64,000 bases of DNA from an uncultured virus (IMG/VR IMGVR_UViG_3300032116_000170) (taxonomy: Duplodnaviria > Heunggongvirae > Uroviricota > Caudoviricetes): the IMG/VR virus record IMGVR_UViG_3300032116_000170. One strand, 5' to 3'. This document shows positions 25,922 through 36,200 of the stretch, piece by piece (the first letter of the stretch is position 1; every line of letters begins with the position of its first letter). Under the pieces are notes generated by a model that worked only from the letters and a program-made list of their open reading frames with translations, ran no database searches and had not been told where the DNA came from. The position numbers and the translations under genes are program-made.

Positions 25922-27895
25922 ATGCCCTTACAGAAACTCCAACTGCGCCCCGGTGTAAACCGAGAATCGACGACACTGTCCAATGAAGGCACTTGGTTCG
26001 AGATGGACAAGGTGCGCTTTCGCTCAGGCTACCCTGAGAAGCTGGGCGGTTGGGTTCGGGATACGGGTGGGTATTTCAACAACGGCGTTTCACTTCCCCC
26101 GGAAACTGGATCGTTCTGGGGTGTTGCCCGGTCGCTGTGGAACTGGGTGACGCTGGCAGGCTTTAACCTGATGGGTGTGGGCACCAACCTGAAATACTAC
26201 ATCCAGCAGACGGATGGCGGTAACTTCTACGACGTGACGCCCTTGCGGGATACCAACTCGATTGCCAGCGGCGCATTCACTACAACCAACGGCTCAACCA
26301 CGGTCGTGGTCAACGACCCGGGTCACGGGGGCCAAACGGGCGACTTTGTCACCATTTCCGGTGTTGGCGGAGCCATCAACGGCATCCCTGCGTCTGCGCT
26401 GAACAAAGAGTTCCGCATGACCTACCTGAGTGCCAACACGTTCAGTATCGTGGTCAGCTCACCAGCTACCAGCGCGGGCACTACGGGCGCTTGCACAGTC
26501 GCGTATCAATTTGGTATTGGTAACGATGTTTACACGGTCGGTGTGGGCTGGGGTGCTGGCGGCTGGGGCGGCTCGACTACGGGCTTTCCTTCGACTGGGT
26601 GGGGTGAGCCTGCACCTGCTGGTGTGGGTGTTGGCGTGCAGCTTCGTCTGTGGAGCCAAGACAACTACGGCGACTATCTGGTCATGAACCCCCGTGGCGG
26701 TGCGCTCTATTTGTGGGTTCCCGGCGCTTCGCCTTCCACCTACTACCGGGCGCAGATTCTTTCCAGCACCAACACAAACACCCAAGATGGCGTGGCCTAC
26801 TGGGAGACGGACACCAGCTGCCCCACCGTGTGCAACATTGTTGCCACCTCTGACACATCCCGGTTTGTGATTGCCTTTGGCTGTAACGACTACGGCTCGG
26901 CCACTCTTGACCCGTTGCTGGTGCGCTGGTCTGACCAAGAAGATTACAAGGTCTGGGCCCCTGCGGCCACCAATCAGGCGGGCAGTTTCCGCTTGAGTAT
27001 CGGCTCGTCCATCGTGGCCGAGTTGCAGTCTCGTCAGGAAATTTTGATCTGGACCGACGCTGCTCTGTATTCGATGCAGTACCTCGGACCCCCGTTTGTT
27101 TGGGGGTTCAATATCCTTGCGGACAATATCTCCATCATGGGGCCAAACGCCGTGGCCACGGCCGCCAACATCACCTACTGGATGGGGCGCGACAAGTTCT
27201 ATATGTACTCCGGCCGTGTTGAGACGCTGTATTGCCCTCTGCGCCAGTACATCTTTGGCGACATCAATCTGGAGCAGGCATACCAATTCTTTGCATCCAC
27301 CAACGAAGCGTACAACGAAGTTTGGTTCTTCTACTGCTCAGCCAACTCCACCGTAATTGATCGGTACGTCATTTACAACCACCTCGAAAAGATTTGGTCG
27401 TATGGCAACTTGTCACGTACGGCTTGGCTGGATACGGCTTTGCGGGACTTCCCAACGGCTGCGGGCTACAACGGCCAGTTGATTTACCACGAAGACGGTG
27501 TGGATGACGGCACTACAAACCCACCCAGCCCGATCACTTCGTACATCCAGTCTGCCGACATGAACATCGGTGATGGGCATAACTACGGTTTTGTGTGGCG
27601 GATGATCCCGGACATCACGTTTGATGGCTCGACTGTAAACAACCCCTCGGTTACGTTCACGATGCGTCCCCGGCAAAACCCCGGTGCAAACTACGGAGCA
27701 GCGCCAACTCCATCTGTCACCAGCACCCAAAACTACCAAGCGCAGCGCAATTACCTCGTGCAGCAGTTTACGCAGATCGTTTACACACGCATTCGAGGAC
27801 GCCAGATGGCATTCAAGATTGAGTCAACTGGGCTTGGCGTGCAGTGGCAGCTTGGCGTTCCGTCAATTGACCTCAGGCCTGATGGCAGAAGGTAG
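25922..27895 (+). CDS. Tail nozzle / DNA stabilization protein (P22 gp10-like beta-propeller)
   Basis: 657 aa; VRFRSG.PEKLGGW, VRWSDQE, RGRQ, PDGRR end. Confidence 0.7.
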   Translation: MPLQKLQLRPGVNRESTTLSNEGTWFEMDKVRFRSGYPEKLGGWVRDTGGYFNNGVSLPPETGSFWGVARSLWNWVTLAGFNLMGVGTNLKYYIQQTDGGNFYDVTPLRDTNSIASGAFTTTNGSTTVVVNDPGHGGQTGDFVTISGVGGAINGIPASALNKEFRMTYLSANTFSIVVSSPATSAGTTGACTVAYQFGIGNDVYTVGVGWGAGGWGGSTTGFPSTGWGEPAPAGVGVGVQLRLWSQDNYGDYLVMNPRGGALYLWVPGASPSTYYRAQILSSTNTNTQDGVAYWETDTSCPTVCNIVATSDTSRFVIAFGCNDYGSATLDPLLVRWSDQEDYKVWAPAATNQAGSFRLSIGSSIVAELQSRQEILIWTDAALYSMQYLGPPFVWGFNILADNISIMGPNAVATAANITYWMGRDKFYMYSGRVETLYCPLRQYIFGDINLEQAYQFFASTNEAYNEVWFFYCSANSTVIDRYVIYNHLEKIWSYGNLSRTAWLDTALRDFPTAAGYNGQLIYHEDGVDDGTTNPPSPITSYIQSADMNIGDGHNYGFVWRMIPDITFDGSTVNNPSVTFTMRPRQNPGANYGAAPTPSVTSTQNYQAQRNYLVQQFTQIVYTRIRGRQMAFKIESTGLGVQWQLGVPSIDLRPDGRR

Positions 27896-27906
27896 GGTAA
27901 ACCCGT

Positions 27907-28545
27907 ATGTCACAGCTTTTTGGTGTTGTACCCCCGCGCCTGCCAACTGCCCCGCAGCAATACGAGACCCGCTACCAAGACCAGCACAGCGATGTGCTGC
28001 GTTTGTACTTCAACCAGCTTGGCGGCAACGTCAACGCTCTGATCGGGGTTCGCGGCGGGCAGTATTTGAACTTCCCATACGCCGCCATTCAGCGCACTAC
28101 GGACAAGACTTTCACGGCCAACACCGCTACGCAGATCACGTTTGACGAGACCGACTTTATCAACGGCTGCGTCAATGATGGCACGGACGGCATCTTGGTC
28201 AACCAGTCTGGCATCTACAACTACCAATTCAGTGTCCAGTTGAGGAATACCGACAGCCAGATTCACTCTGCGTGGATTTGGCTGCGCATCAACAACATCG
28301 ACGTGGCTGGGACAGGCAGTAAGTTTGACGTAACCGAGCGGCACGGCGGGGTGGATGGTTTTATCATCGCGGCCTGCAATTTTTACGTCGAGCTGACAGC
28401 CGGGGACACCGTTGAAATGTGGGCTGCAGTCAACAACACCGCCGTGACTTTTGATGCCACCGCAGCCCAGACCAGCCCATTCCCGATGCCGTCCATCCCC
28501 TCTGTGGTGGCCACACTTTCGTTTGTCTCTTCGGTTCTCCCATGA
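27907..28545 (+). CDS. Tail needle/knob-like protein with C1q/TNF-like C-domain
   Basis: LRLYFNQL helix; GIYNYQFSVQ, LTAGDTVE. Confidence 0.55.
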   Translation: MSQLFGVVPPRLPTAPQQYETRYQDQHSDVLRLYFNQLGGNVNALIGVRGGQYLNFPYAAIQRTTDKTFTANTATQITFDETDFINGCVNDGTDGILVNQSGIYNYQFSVQLRNTDSQIHSAWIWLRINNIDVAGTGSKFDVTERHGGVDGFIIAACNFYVELTAGDTVEMWAAVNNTAVTFDATAAQTSPFPMPSIPSVVATLSFVSSVLP

Positions 28546-28579
28546 TAGACTCGATCAACCCCCATTCCGTGAGGCCCCA

Positions 28580-29806
28580 ATGAGCCTAGAACTTGCTGCA
28601 CAACACCTTGCCAGCCGTGGGCGCAAAGGCGACACCATGCTGGTCCACATGGCCCCAGAGGAAGTCTCAGGCCTCCAAGCGCTTGCCATGGCTGCAGGCG
28701 GCACCCTGACGCTCAACCCAGATACGGGTTTACCCGAAGCCAATTTCCTCAAACGCATGCTGCCTACGCTGATTGGTGCAGGTTTGATGTTTGCTACCGG
28801 TGGAACCGCAGCTCCATTGATTGCTGGAATTAGCAACCCTGCTCTTATTGGTCTGGGGCTGGGTGGTTTGGAAACCGCCCGCACAGGCAGTCTTGAAAAA
28901 GGTTTGATGGCAGGTCTTGGCGCGTATGGCGGCGCTGGTTTGACTGGTAGTTTAATGGGGGCTGGGGCAGCGGGAGCGACTGGCGCAGCTGGTACTGGCG
29001 CAAAAACCGCAGGTGCAGGCATCACCCCGACCAACTACGGCTTGCTGCCGCAAAACCAGTATGCGCTGGCTTCCCCTGCAGGGGGTGAAGGCTTGCGTAT
29101 GGGAGCGTCCGAAGGTTTGCGTACAGGCGCTTCAAACTTAACAACGGACATTGGGGGCTCCCTTGCTAAGCTATCAACCCCATCCATCCCCGCTGTACCC
29201 CCTACACTCGGTGAGCGTTTTGCCAGCGGGCTTGGTAATTTAGGTGCAAAGGACGTTAAATACGGCCTCGCTGCACTGAGCCCTGCGTTGCAAGCCGATG
29301 ACGCAAAGCCGTATGTTGACGGTGGCCCCAACTACGAGTACACATACGACCCCAACACCAGCAGCTACACGCGGGTGCCTGTGGGCACACGAGACAAGAT
29401 GGGCAGAACCCCGAGCTACTACGCAGCAGGTGGCACAGTTGAAGAGATGTCCGACCGCAATCAGATGGAAACCATGATGGCCAACGGCGGTCAGATGTTT
29501 GCTGCTGGTGGCGGCGTATCCCACCTCGGCGACTACTCCGATGGTGGTCGTCTTTTGAAAGGTCCCGGCGATGGCGTATCTGATTCCATTCCTGCAACGA
29601 TTGCGGACAAGCGCCCAGCGCGTCTTGCTGATGGTGAGTTCGTTGTGCCTGCTCGTATCGTTTCTGAGTTAGGTAACGGCTCCACGGAAGCTGGTGCACG
29701 CAAGCTGTACGCCATGATGGACCGGGTCCAAAAAGCTCGCAGCAAGACCACAGGCAAGAACCGTGTGGCCGTAAACAGCCGCGCTGAAAAGTTGTTGCCA
29801 GCATGA
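28580..29806 (+). CDS. Internal virion / ejection protein
   Basis: GR.GDTMLVH, NPDTGLPE, Gly/Ala hydrophobic helices, GPGDGVSDSIPA..LADGEFVV. Confidence 0.65.
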   Translation: MSLELAAQHLASRGRKGDTMLVHMAPEEVSGLQALAMAAGGTLTLNPDTGLPEANFLKRMLPTLIGAGLMFATGGTAAPLIAGISNPALIGLGLGGLETARTGSLEKGLMAGLGAYGGAGLTGSLMGAGAAGATGAAGTGAKTAGAGITPTNYGLLPQNQYALASPAGGEGLRMGASEGLRTGASNLTTDIGGSLAKLSTPSIPAVPPTLGERFASGLGNLGAKDVKYGLAALSPALQADDAKPYVDGGPNYEYTYDPNTSSYTRVPVGTRDKMGRTPSYYAAGGTVEEMSDRNQMETMMANGGQMFAAGGGVSHLGDYSDGGRLLKGPGDGVSDSIPATIADKRPARLADGEFVVPARIVSELGNGSTEAGARKLYAMMDRVQKARSKTTGKNRVAVNSRAEKLLPA

Positions 29807-30207
29807 GAATTGAACGCGTTGATGTAGGGCATGTCCACCAAGTCTGGCCTCTGGTGGAGTCCCATATTGCATCGGCGCTTGAGCACTCCAAAGGCGATTA
29901 CACGCTGGAGTCAGTTAAGGTTTTGCTGGTTACAGGCCAGCTACTTTTGGTCGTAGCGGTAGACGATGAGGGTGTGCAAGGGGCGGCAACAGTAATGTTT
30001 ACCAGCCGCCCGCATGACCGCGTTGCGTTTATCACGACAATCGGTGGCAAGCTGATTAGCAACGAAGAGACGTTTGAGCAGCTCAAAGCGCTGCTACGTT
30101 CTTTGGGCGCAACTTGTATTGAAGGCGCTGCACGAGAAGCCATCGCCCGGCTCTGGTCACGTTATGGCTTTGAAGAAAAGTACAGAATTGTTGGAGTGAA
30201 GATATGA
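29803..30207 (+). CDS. GNAT-like protein at the P22 gp14 position
   Basis: 134 aa; IARLWSRYGF resembles a GNAT C-terminal motif; synteny. Confidence 0.45.
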   Translation: MRIERVDVGHVHQVWPLVESHIASALEHSKGDYTLESVKVLLVTGQLLLVVAVDDEGVQGAATVMFTSRPHDRVAFITTIGGKLISNEETFEQLKALLRSLGATCIEGAAREAIARLWSRYGFEEKYRIVGVKI

Positions 30208-31544
30208 GCTATTCCCGCAGACAACTTGAAGCCTTGGGTGAACCCCTTGGCGAATCCGTAACCCGCAAAGAAGGCGGGCGCATTGTTTATGGTGGTGGCG
30301 GTGGCGGTGGTGGAGGCACAAGCACCCAAGTTGTTGACCTGCCGGGCTGGGCCAAACCCACGGCGGAGAGAACGCTCACCAAAACAGAAGCCCTGACTAC
30401 AGATCGCCCGTTCAAAAGTTTTGCTGGGCAGTACGATCAAGCAGGTAATCAGATCGGGTTTGACCCCAGCAAAGCAGTTGCTGGATTCCGAGACCTGCAA
30501 ACTACAGCGTTCCAAGGCGCAAAGGACCTGCAAACCTCTCCCCAATTAGGGACGGCTATGGGGCTTGCAGGTACTGCCGCCAGTCGCGGACTGGGTATGC
30601 AGTACGACCCACTGCAGGCTTCGTTCATGGAAACGCAAGCTCCTCAGTTGCAGCAATTCCAGATGGGACCTGCCGAGCGAGTCCGTGCAGATATGTTCGG
30701 TGGCCGTCAAGCCGCGCAATACATGTCGCCGTTCATGGAGCAGGCCCTTGCACCACAACTGCGGGAAGCTCAGCGTTCGTCTGAGATGCAGCGCAACATG
30801 GACCAAGCTCGTGCCGTTGGTATGGGCGCGTTTGGCGGTTCCCGTCAGGCTATCGTTGAGGCAGAACGCCAGCGCAATCTAGGCACCCAGATGGGCGATA
30901 TTCGTGCTCGCGGATTGCAAAGCGCTTTCGAGCAGGCACAGCAGCAGTTCAACCAAGACGCAGCGCGTCGTATGCAGGCTCAGCAGCTCAACCAGCAAGC
31001 TGGCCTGACAGTGGGTGGCCAGAACCTCCAAGCCCTGCTGGGTACTCAGCAGCTTGGCGCGCAAACGGGAATGCAGTCTCAGTTGGCCAATCAGCAAGCG
31101 TTTCAGAACGCTCGTCAACTCGCAGAACAATCCCGTCAGTTTGGGGGTAATCTCGGCCTGCAAGGTCTTCAGACCGCCCTGCAAGGCGCAGGCCAGTTGG
31201 GGCAGTTGGGGCAGCAACAGTTTGGCCAGCAAAGAGATATTCTCAATCTGCAGAGCCAGTTTGGTGGCCAACAGCAAGCGCAAGATCAGGCGCTCATCAA
31301 CGCTCGCGCACAGGACTTTGCCTCCGCACAACGCTATCCGTACCAGCAGCTGGAGTTCATGTCAAACATCCTGCGTGGCACGCCCATGGGCTCGGTGCAG
31401 ACCATGTACCAAGCGCCCCCAAATCCGCTGGCCCAACTGGTTGGCGCGGGCACTGCGCTGTACGGCGCAAGCCGGATGGCCGAAGGCGGTGAAGTGAAGA
31501 AAAAATCGGCAGGTCTGGCTGAGCTGGCCCTGTCAAAAATCTGA
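30204..31544 (+). CDS. Gln/Gly-rich ejection (DNA transfer) protein
   Basis: YMSPF, GAFGGSRQA, YPYQQL motifs; poly-Gly near N-terminus; MAEGG near C-terminus. Confidence 0.7.
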   Translation: MSYSRRQLEALGEPLGESVTRKEGGRIVYGGGGGGGGGTSTQVVDLPGWAKPTAERTLTKTEALTTDRPFKSFAGQYDQAGNQIGFDPSKAVAGFRDLQTTAFQGAKDLQTSPQLGTAMGLAGTAASRGLGMQYDPLQASFMETQAPQLQQFQMGPAERVRADMFGGRQAAQYMSPFMEQALAPQLREAQRSSEMQRNMDQARAVGMGAFGGSRQAIVEAERQRNLGTQMGDIRARGLQSAFEQAQQQFNQDAARRMQAQQLNQQAGLTVGGQNLQALLGTQQLGAQTGMQSQLANQQAFQNARQLAEQSRQFGGNLGLQGLQTALQGAGQLGQLGQQQFGQQRDILNLQSQFGGQQQAQDQALINARAQDFASAQRYPYQQLEFMSNILRGTPMGSVQTMYQAPPNPLAQLVGAGTALYGASRMAEGGEVKKKSAGLAELALSKI

Positions 31545-31552
31545 GGTAGGCC

Positions 31553-33292
31553 ATGATCGACGTCAACAAAATCACCTCCACGCTGGCCAAGTTGCCTGAC
31601 CAGCAGCTGCAGCAATACGCGCAGATGCACAAGAACGATCCGTACATCATGGCGCTGGCCATGTCGGAGTCCAACCGCCGCAAAGAAATGCGTGCTTCAG
31701 GTCAGGGCGCGATGCAAGAGCAACCCAAGGTGGTTGACCAAGAAATCGCACGCATGGGTAATATGGAGGGCGCAAGCCCGGAGCAGCTTGCAAGACTGGC
31801 GCAGATGCTTGATGCGCAGAAAGAAGCTGAGTACAAAGAGTTCACCAGACAATCGCCCCAAGCTCCTGCGCAAACCCAGCAGATGCCAGAAGACCAAGGT
31901 ATTGGCCAACTCCCCACAGGCGAGATGAACTTCGCAGGTGGCGGCATCGTTGCGTTTGCTGACGGCGGTGATGTTGAGCGTTATCAATCCGCAGGGCTTG
32001 TGCAGGACCCCCGCCTTGCCAGTCTCTTGGCAGCACGTGAACGGTACTTACGATCCAACGCGGACACGTCCGCCATAGACCAAGCGATTGCAGCTTTACA
32101 GGCAAAATCTACGCAGGGGGCAACCCAAACCGCTGCCCCATTGAACATCCCCACGGGCGGTGACTTTGCGGAACAGATGATGCAGGGCATAACAGCCCCC
32201 ACATTTGCCCCCGCGCCTTCCTTCACTCCGGCAGTAAATCGCAGCATGCTTAATCGGGTTGAACAACCCGCAAGAGCGAACGCAGCCGTTTATGGAGCAC
32301 CTGCAAAAGTTGAAGCCAAAGGTAAAGGTAAAACTGATAGCGGTGCCCCCACGGATAAGGCCGCTGCGCCTACTGCTCCGGGCGCAGCAGACCCATTTAG
32401 CATGAAGTCTATACGGGAAGCGCAAGAAGAAGCGATGCGCGACGTAAATTACCAGCGCGGGGCGTTACGGAACGAGGCTGTCGGATTGAGCAATCTCTAC
32501 CAGCAGCAGGGCGAAGACCGCTTGGCGAGACGCAAAAAAGAGATCGAAGAAGAGGGCGATATTTTCAAAGGCCGCGAATCGCGGCTGAACGCCCGTGAAG
32601 CAGACATTGGCAGGCAGAGAAACGAAAATAAAGGTCTGGCTTTCCTGAACGCTGGTCTGGCCATCATGTCCACTCGGGGTGGCCTTGCTACTGCATTGGG
32701 GCAAGGCGCACAGGTGGGTACAGCGCAATACGCCGCTGGTCTCAAAGACCTGCGTGCTGCCCAGCAACGGTTGGACGACGCTCGGGACAACATTGAAGAG
32801 TTGCGCCTGAACCGCAAGGACATGAACAAGAAAGACATTCGGGCTCTGGAAAAAGAGCGCGACGACAACATCAACAAAGGCAAAGAGCTTCTGTTTGGTG
32901 TCGCAAAAGAAACTTATGGAGCAGACGAAAAGAGCGCGACCGAGCTGTTTAAGTCGTACATTCAAGGGCAGACAAAGGTCTACGAGCAAGGGCAGGAGAA
33001 CCTTCGCAATAGGGAGCGCGTGCAGGGCATGATCGCTGCGCGGGGAGACACTGCGGGGACCAAGCAGAGTAGGGTTGCGATAGATGCCCTCAAAGCGCAG
33101 GCCACCAACCTAACCAATCAGTTAAAAGATATTCCCGCCGTTGGTACAAACAATCTTGCAAGGAGGCAACCGCTAGAAACCCAGCTTGCACTGATCAACG
33201 CACAACTTGCGCAGATGTCGGGGTTGGGTACAATGCTGCCAGCCTCCCCCACTGGCGCACGTGGCGGAGTTCAATTCCTCGGATACGAGTAA
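31553..33292 (+). CDS. Ejection protein
   Basis: GIGQLP...FAGGGIVAFADGG; coiled coils; synteny. Confidence 0.65.
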   Translation: MIDVNKITSTLAKLPDQQLQQYAQMHKNDPYIMALAMSESNRRKEMRASGQGAMQEQPKVVDQEIARMGNMEGASPEQLARLAQMLDAQKEAEYKEFTRQSPQAPAQTQQMPEDQGIGQLPTGEMNFAGGGIVAFADGGDVERYQSAGLVQDPRLASLLAARERYLRSNADTSAIDQAIAALQAKSTQGATQTAAPLNIPTGGDFAEQMMQGITAPTFAPAPSFTPAVNRSMLNRVEQPARANAAVYGAPAKVEAKGKGKTDSGAPTDKAAAPTAPGAADPFSMKSIREAQEEAMRDVNYQRGALRNEAVGLSNLYQQQGEDRLARRKKEIEEEGDIFKGRESRLNAREADIGRQRNENKGLAFLNAGLAIMSTRGGLATALGQGAQVGTAQYAAGLKDLRAAQQRLDDARDNIEELRLNRKDMNKKDIRALEKERDDNINKGKELLFGVAKETYGADEKSATELFKSYIQGQTKVYEQGQENLRNRERVQGMIAARGDTAGTKQSRVAIDALKAQATNLTNQLKDIPAVGTNNLARRQPLETQLALINAQLAQMSGLGTMLPASPTGARGGVQFLGYE

Positions 33293-33297
33293 CTTCC

Positions 33298-36200
33298 ATG
33301 CCAATAGCTCGCTTCAAACTCCCTGATGGCCGTATCGCAAGATTCCAAGTTCCAGACGGGACACCACCAGAAGAAGCGCAGCGAATGATAGAAGCGGAGT
33401 TGGGGAAACTACCCCCGGCTCCTGCCGCACCCAAAGAAACCACCGTTGGCGGCAACGTCAAAGAGTTTTTCAAGGGCATAGTGCCCGGAGCCATCGGCCT
33501 TGCCGAAAGCGCTGCGGTGGGTGCGTCTGCACTTCTACCCGACGAGAGGGAAAAAGCCGTCAGAGAATCCATCAAGTCCACTGCTGCAGCGGCACGCAAA
33601 CCGTTTGAAGCTGGCGCGGGCTACGAGGAATCCATAGGCCGTAAGTTTGGCGAAGCCGTAGGCTCCACAGTCCCGTTCCTTGCATCCGCGCCACTGGGCG
33701 TTGCGGGTCGTATTGCTGGCACTGCACTGGGTGTGGGGGCTGGCGCTGGCGAGGCTCGTGGCCGCGCTGAAGAAGGTGGGGCTACTGCGGATGATCGTGG
33801 TCTTGCCACTGGTTTGGGTGCGGTCGTTGGTACTGCAGAGATGTTTGCCCCTGTGCGAATCTTGAGCCGACTTGCCGACCCGATCAAACGAGGTGCTGTT
33901 GCACAGGTCAAGCGTGCATTGATTGCTGGCGGGGAAGAGGGTGCGCAAGAAGCCGCATCACAAGTTGCACAGAACTTGATTGCCAAAGGCATCTACAAAC
34001 CCGAGCAAGCCATCATTGAGCAAGTCGGGGAATCCGCAGCTTATGGTGGCGCTACGGGCGCACTGGTGCAGGGCTTGCTGGATATGGCGCTTGGTCGCCG
34101 TGTTAAAGGTGCCGCAAGCGAAGTCCCCGATGCCGAACAAAAAGCGCAAGCAGAGCGGGAACGCCGTGAGCAGCTCAAACTTGAGCAAGGGCTTGGTGAA
34201 GAGGCAAAAGCTGCACAGGCCCAAGGCTACGTCGGTCAGCAAGGGCAGTTGTTCCGGGGGCTGGAGAAGCCCACCGAACCGCAACGCACGCTGCCCACAG
34301 GGACTGACAGCGAAGGTCAGATTCTGGAGCCAGCGCCCGATGAAGCCGCGCCGCGCACGTCTGACTTGTTTGAGGGCATGCCCCTTACCACAGAGGTTGC
34401 GCAAGAGGCTGGCTTTGCCCGTACCCCCGAGGAGCTGGAAGCCGCTGGCCAACAGCAGCTTGGCCTTGAGCAGGCACAGGACACCGAGTTCTTCCAGCAA
34501 GAGCTGGACATGCTGAACAAGGAATACGCCACACTTCAAGAGAAAAAGAAAAAGACCCCCGAAGACAACCAGCGCATGCGGGAAATCCGCACACGCCGCA
34601 CGCAGGTGGCAGAAACTATCAAACAGCGCGAAGCAGATCGTGGCCCACAGCTCAAGCAAGGGCAGGATCAAGGCGCACTGTTCCAAGCGTTGCCAAGACC
34701 TACCCAGCCTGCGGTGGGGTTGACCGGTTTACCGTTGACACCGGCACCCGATGAGGCTGCATTACGCCCGTCCGAGGTGGATGAAGGCAGGCCCGTAACT
34801 ACCGCCGCTGCGAGAAAAGCAGGGGTGGCCCTCACGCCCAAGGAACTTGAAGCAGCCGGACAAGCCGACCTCATGCTGGAGGCCACGTTCGAGTACGCCG
34901 ATCTGGTCAAGATGCGCGAGCAGCTCAAGGCTGCAGAGCAGACACCAGAAATCCAGCAACGCATCAAGTATCTGGACGGCCAGATCAAAGACTACACCCT
35001 TGCAGGTGTGGATGAGGCATACCGCCAGCGCGTTGAGCGTGAGGCAACCGAAGGTGCGGCGGCTGAGCAGCAAGCACGTGAAGCTGCGTTGGCTGAGCAG
35101 TCTGCGTTTTCGCAGCAGCCCGATGGGCAACCAGTTCCTGAGCCAACTGTCCGGGCCAAACCCACCCCAGAGACCGTGCCGACTTTGATGTCTCCTGACG
35201 TGCTGGGCGCGTTGGGTATTGGGCATTCGGCCATTCTGCGCAAACCGGACCATCCCATCCACGGGCTGGACATTGCAAAGCCAGAAGACGCTGCCGAAGT
35301 CAAGAAGATGCTCACGGTGTACAAGGAAGGAAAGAGTGCGCCGATCGTACAAAAAGTGGACGCGTACCTCGCCCGTCCCGAGTTTCAAGGAGTCCCCGAT
35401 GTATCAACCACGCCAACCCCGCAACCTGCGCCTGCGGTCAGCGATAAGCCCCGAGGACGTAAGCGAAGCGTGGCGTTACCTGTACAACCTGCCGCAACCG
35501 AACTTCCTGAACCCGGACCCGGAGCTGCCCCCGCCGCCGAAGCACCTGCAACATCTGACGGACTCGGATTGGTTCCTACTGGACCAGATGCTGGCGAGGG
35601 AGATGCACGAGTCAGCGATGCACAGCCTGCAGTAAGCCTTACCCAGTTGCAAGATCGCGCCCGAGCTCTCACAGAGCAAGGACTCGCCATGCTGGATAAG
35701 CGGGGCCGCATACCCCGTGAAGGCACCAAGAAGCGTGCAGAGTACGACGCCATCATTGAGCAAGAACGCGCAGCGAAGGATGCGGTTATCGAAGCCGATC
35801 GCGCAGCGCAGAAGTCAGCTCCAGAAACAGCCCCAAAAACAGAGCCCAAGAAAGCCAAGAAGCCTGCGGGCCTCTTCGACGCATTGGTGCAACCGGATGA
35901 AACCCTCGACCCTGAAGTCGAGGCCATGGCCGAAGAGGTGGTGGCCAAGGAAGCACCCGCCGCTGCCAAACCAAAATCGCCTTTTGATATTTCTGGCCCT
36001 TCCACCTTTGGTGCGGAACTGCAAGCGGAAGTTGATGCAGAGAAGAAGCGCCGCCGATCCGTCGGCACAGCCGAAGGTCAGACCCTGTCTTCCATGCAGG
36101 CTGAAGTGGCCAGCATGCCGGGCGTGTTGGGTGCGGCGTTGCGCCGCATGCTCAAGTCTGGCAAGGTCAAGCTCGAAGCGGCGTCACCAGATGGCCGCAA

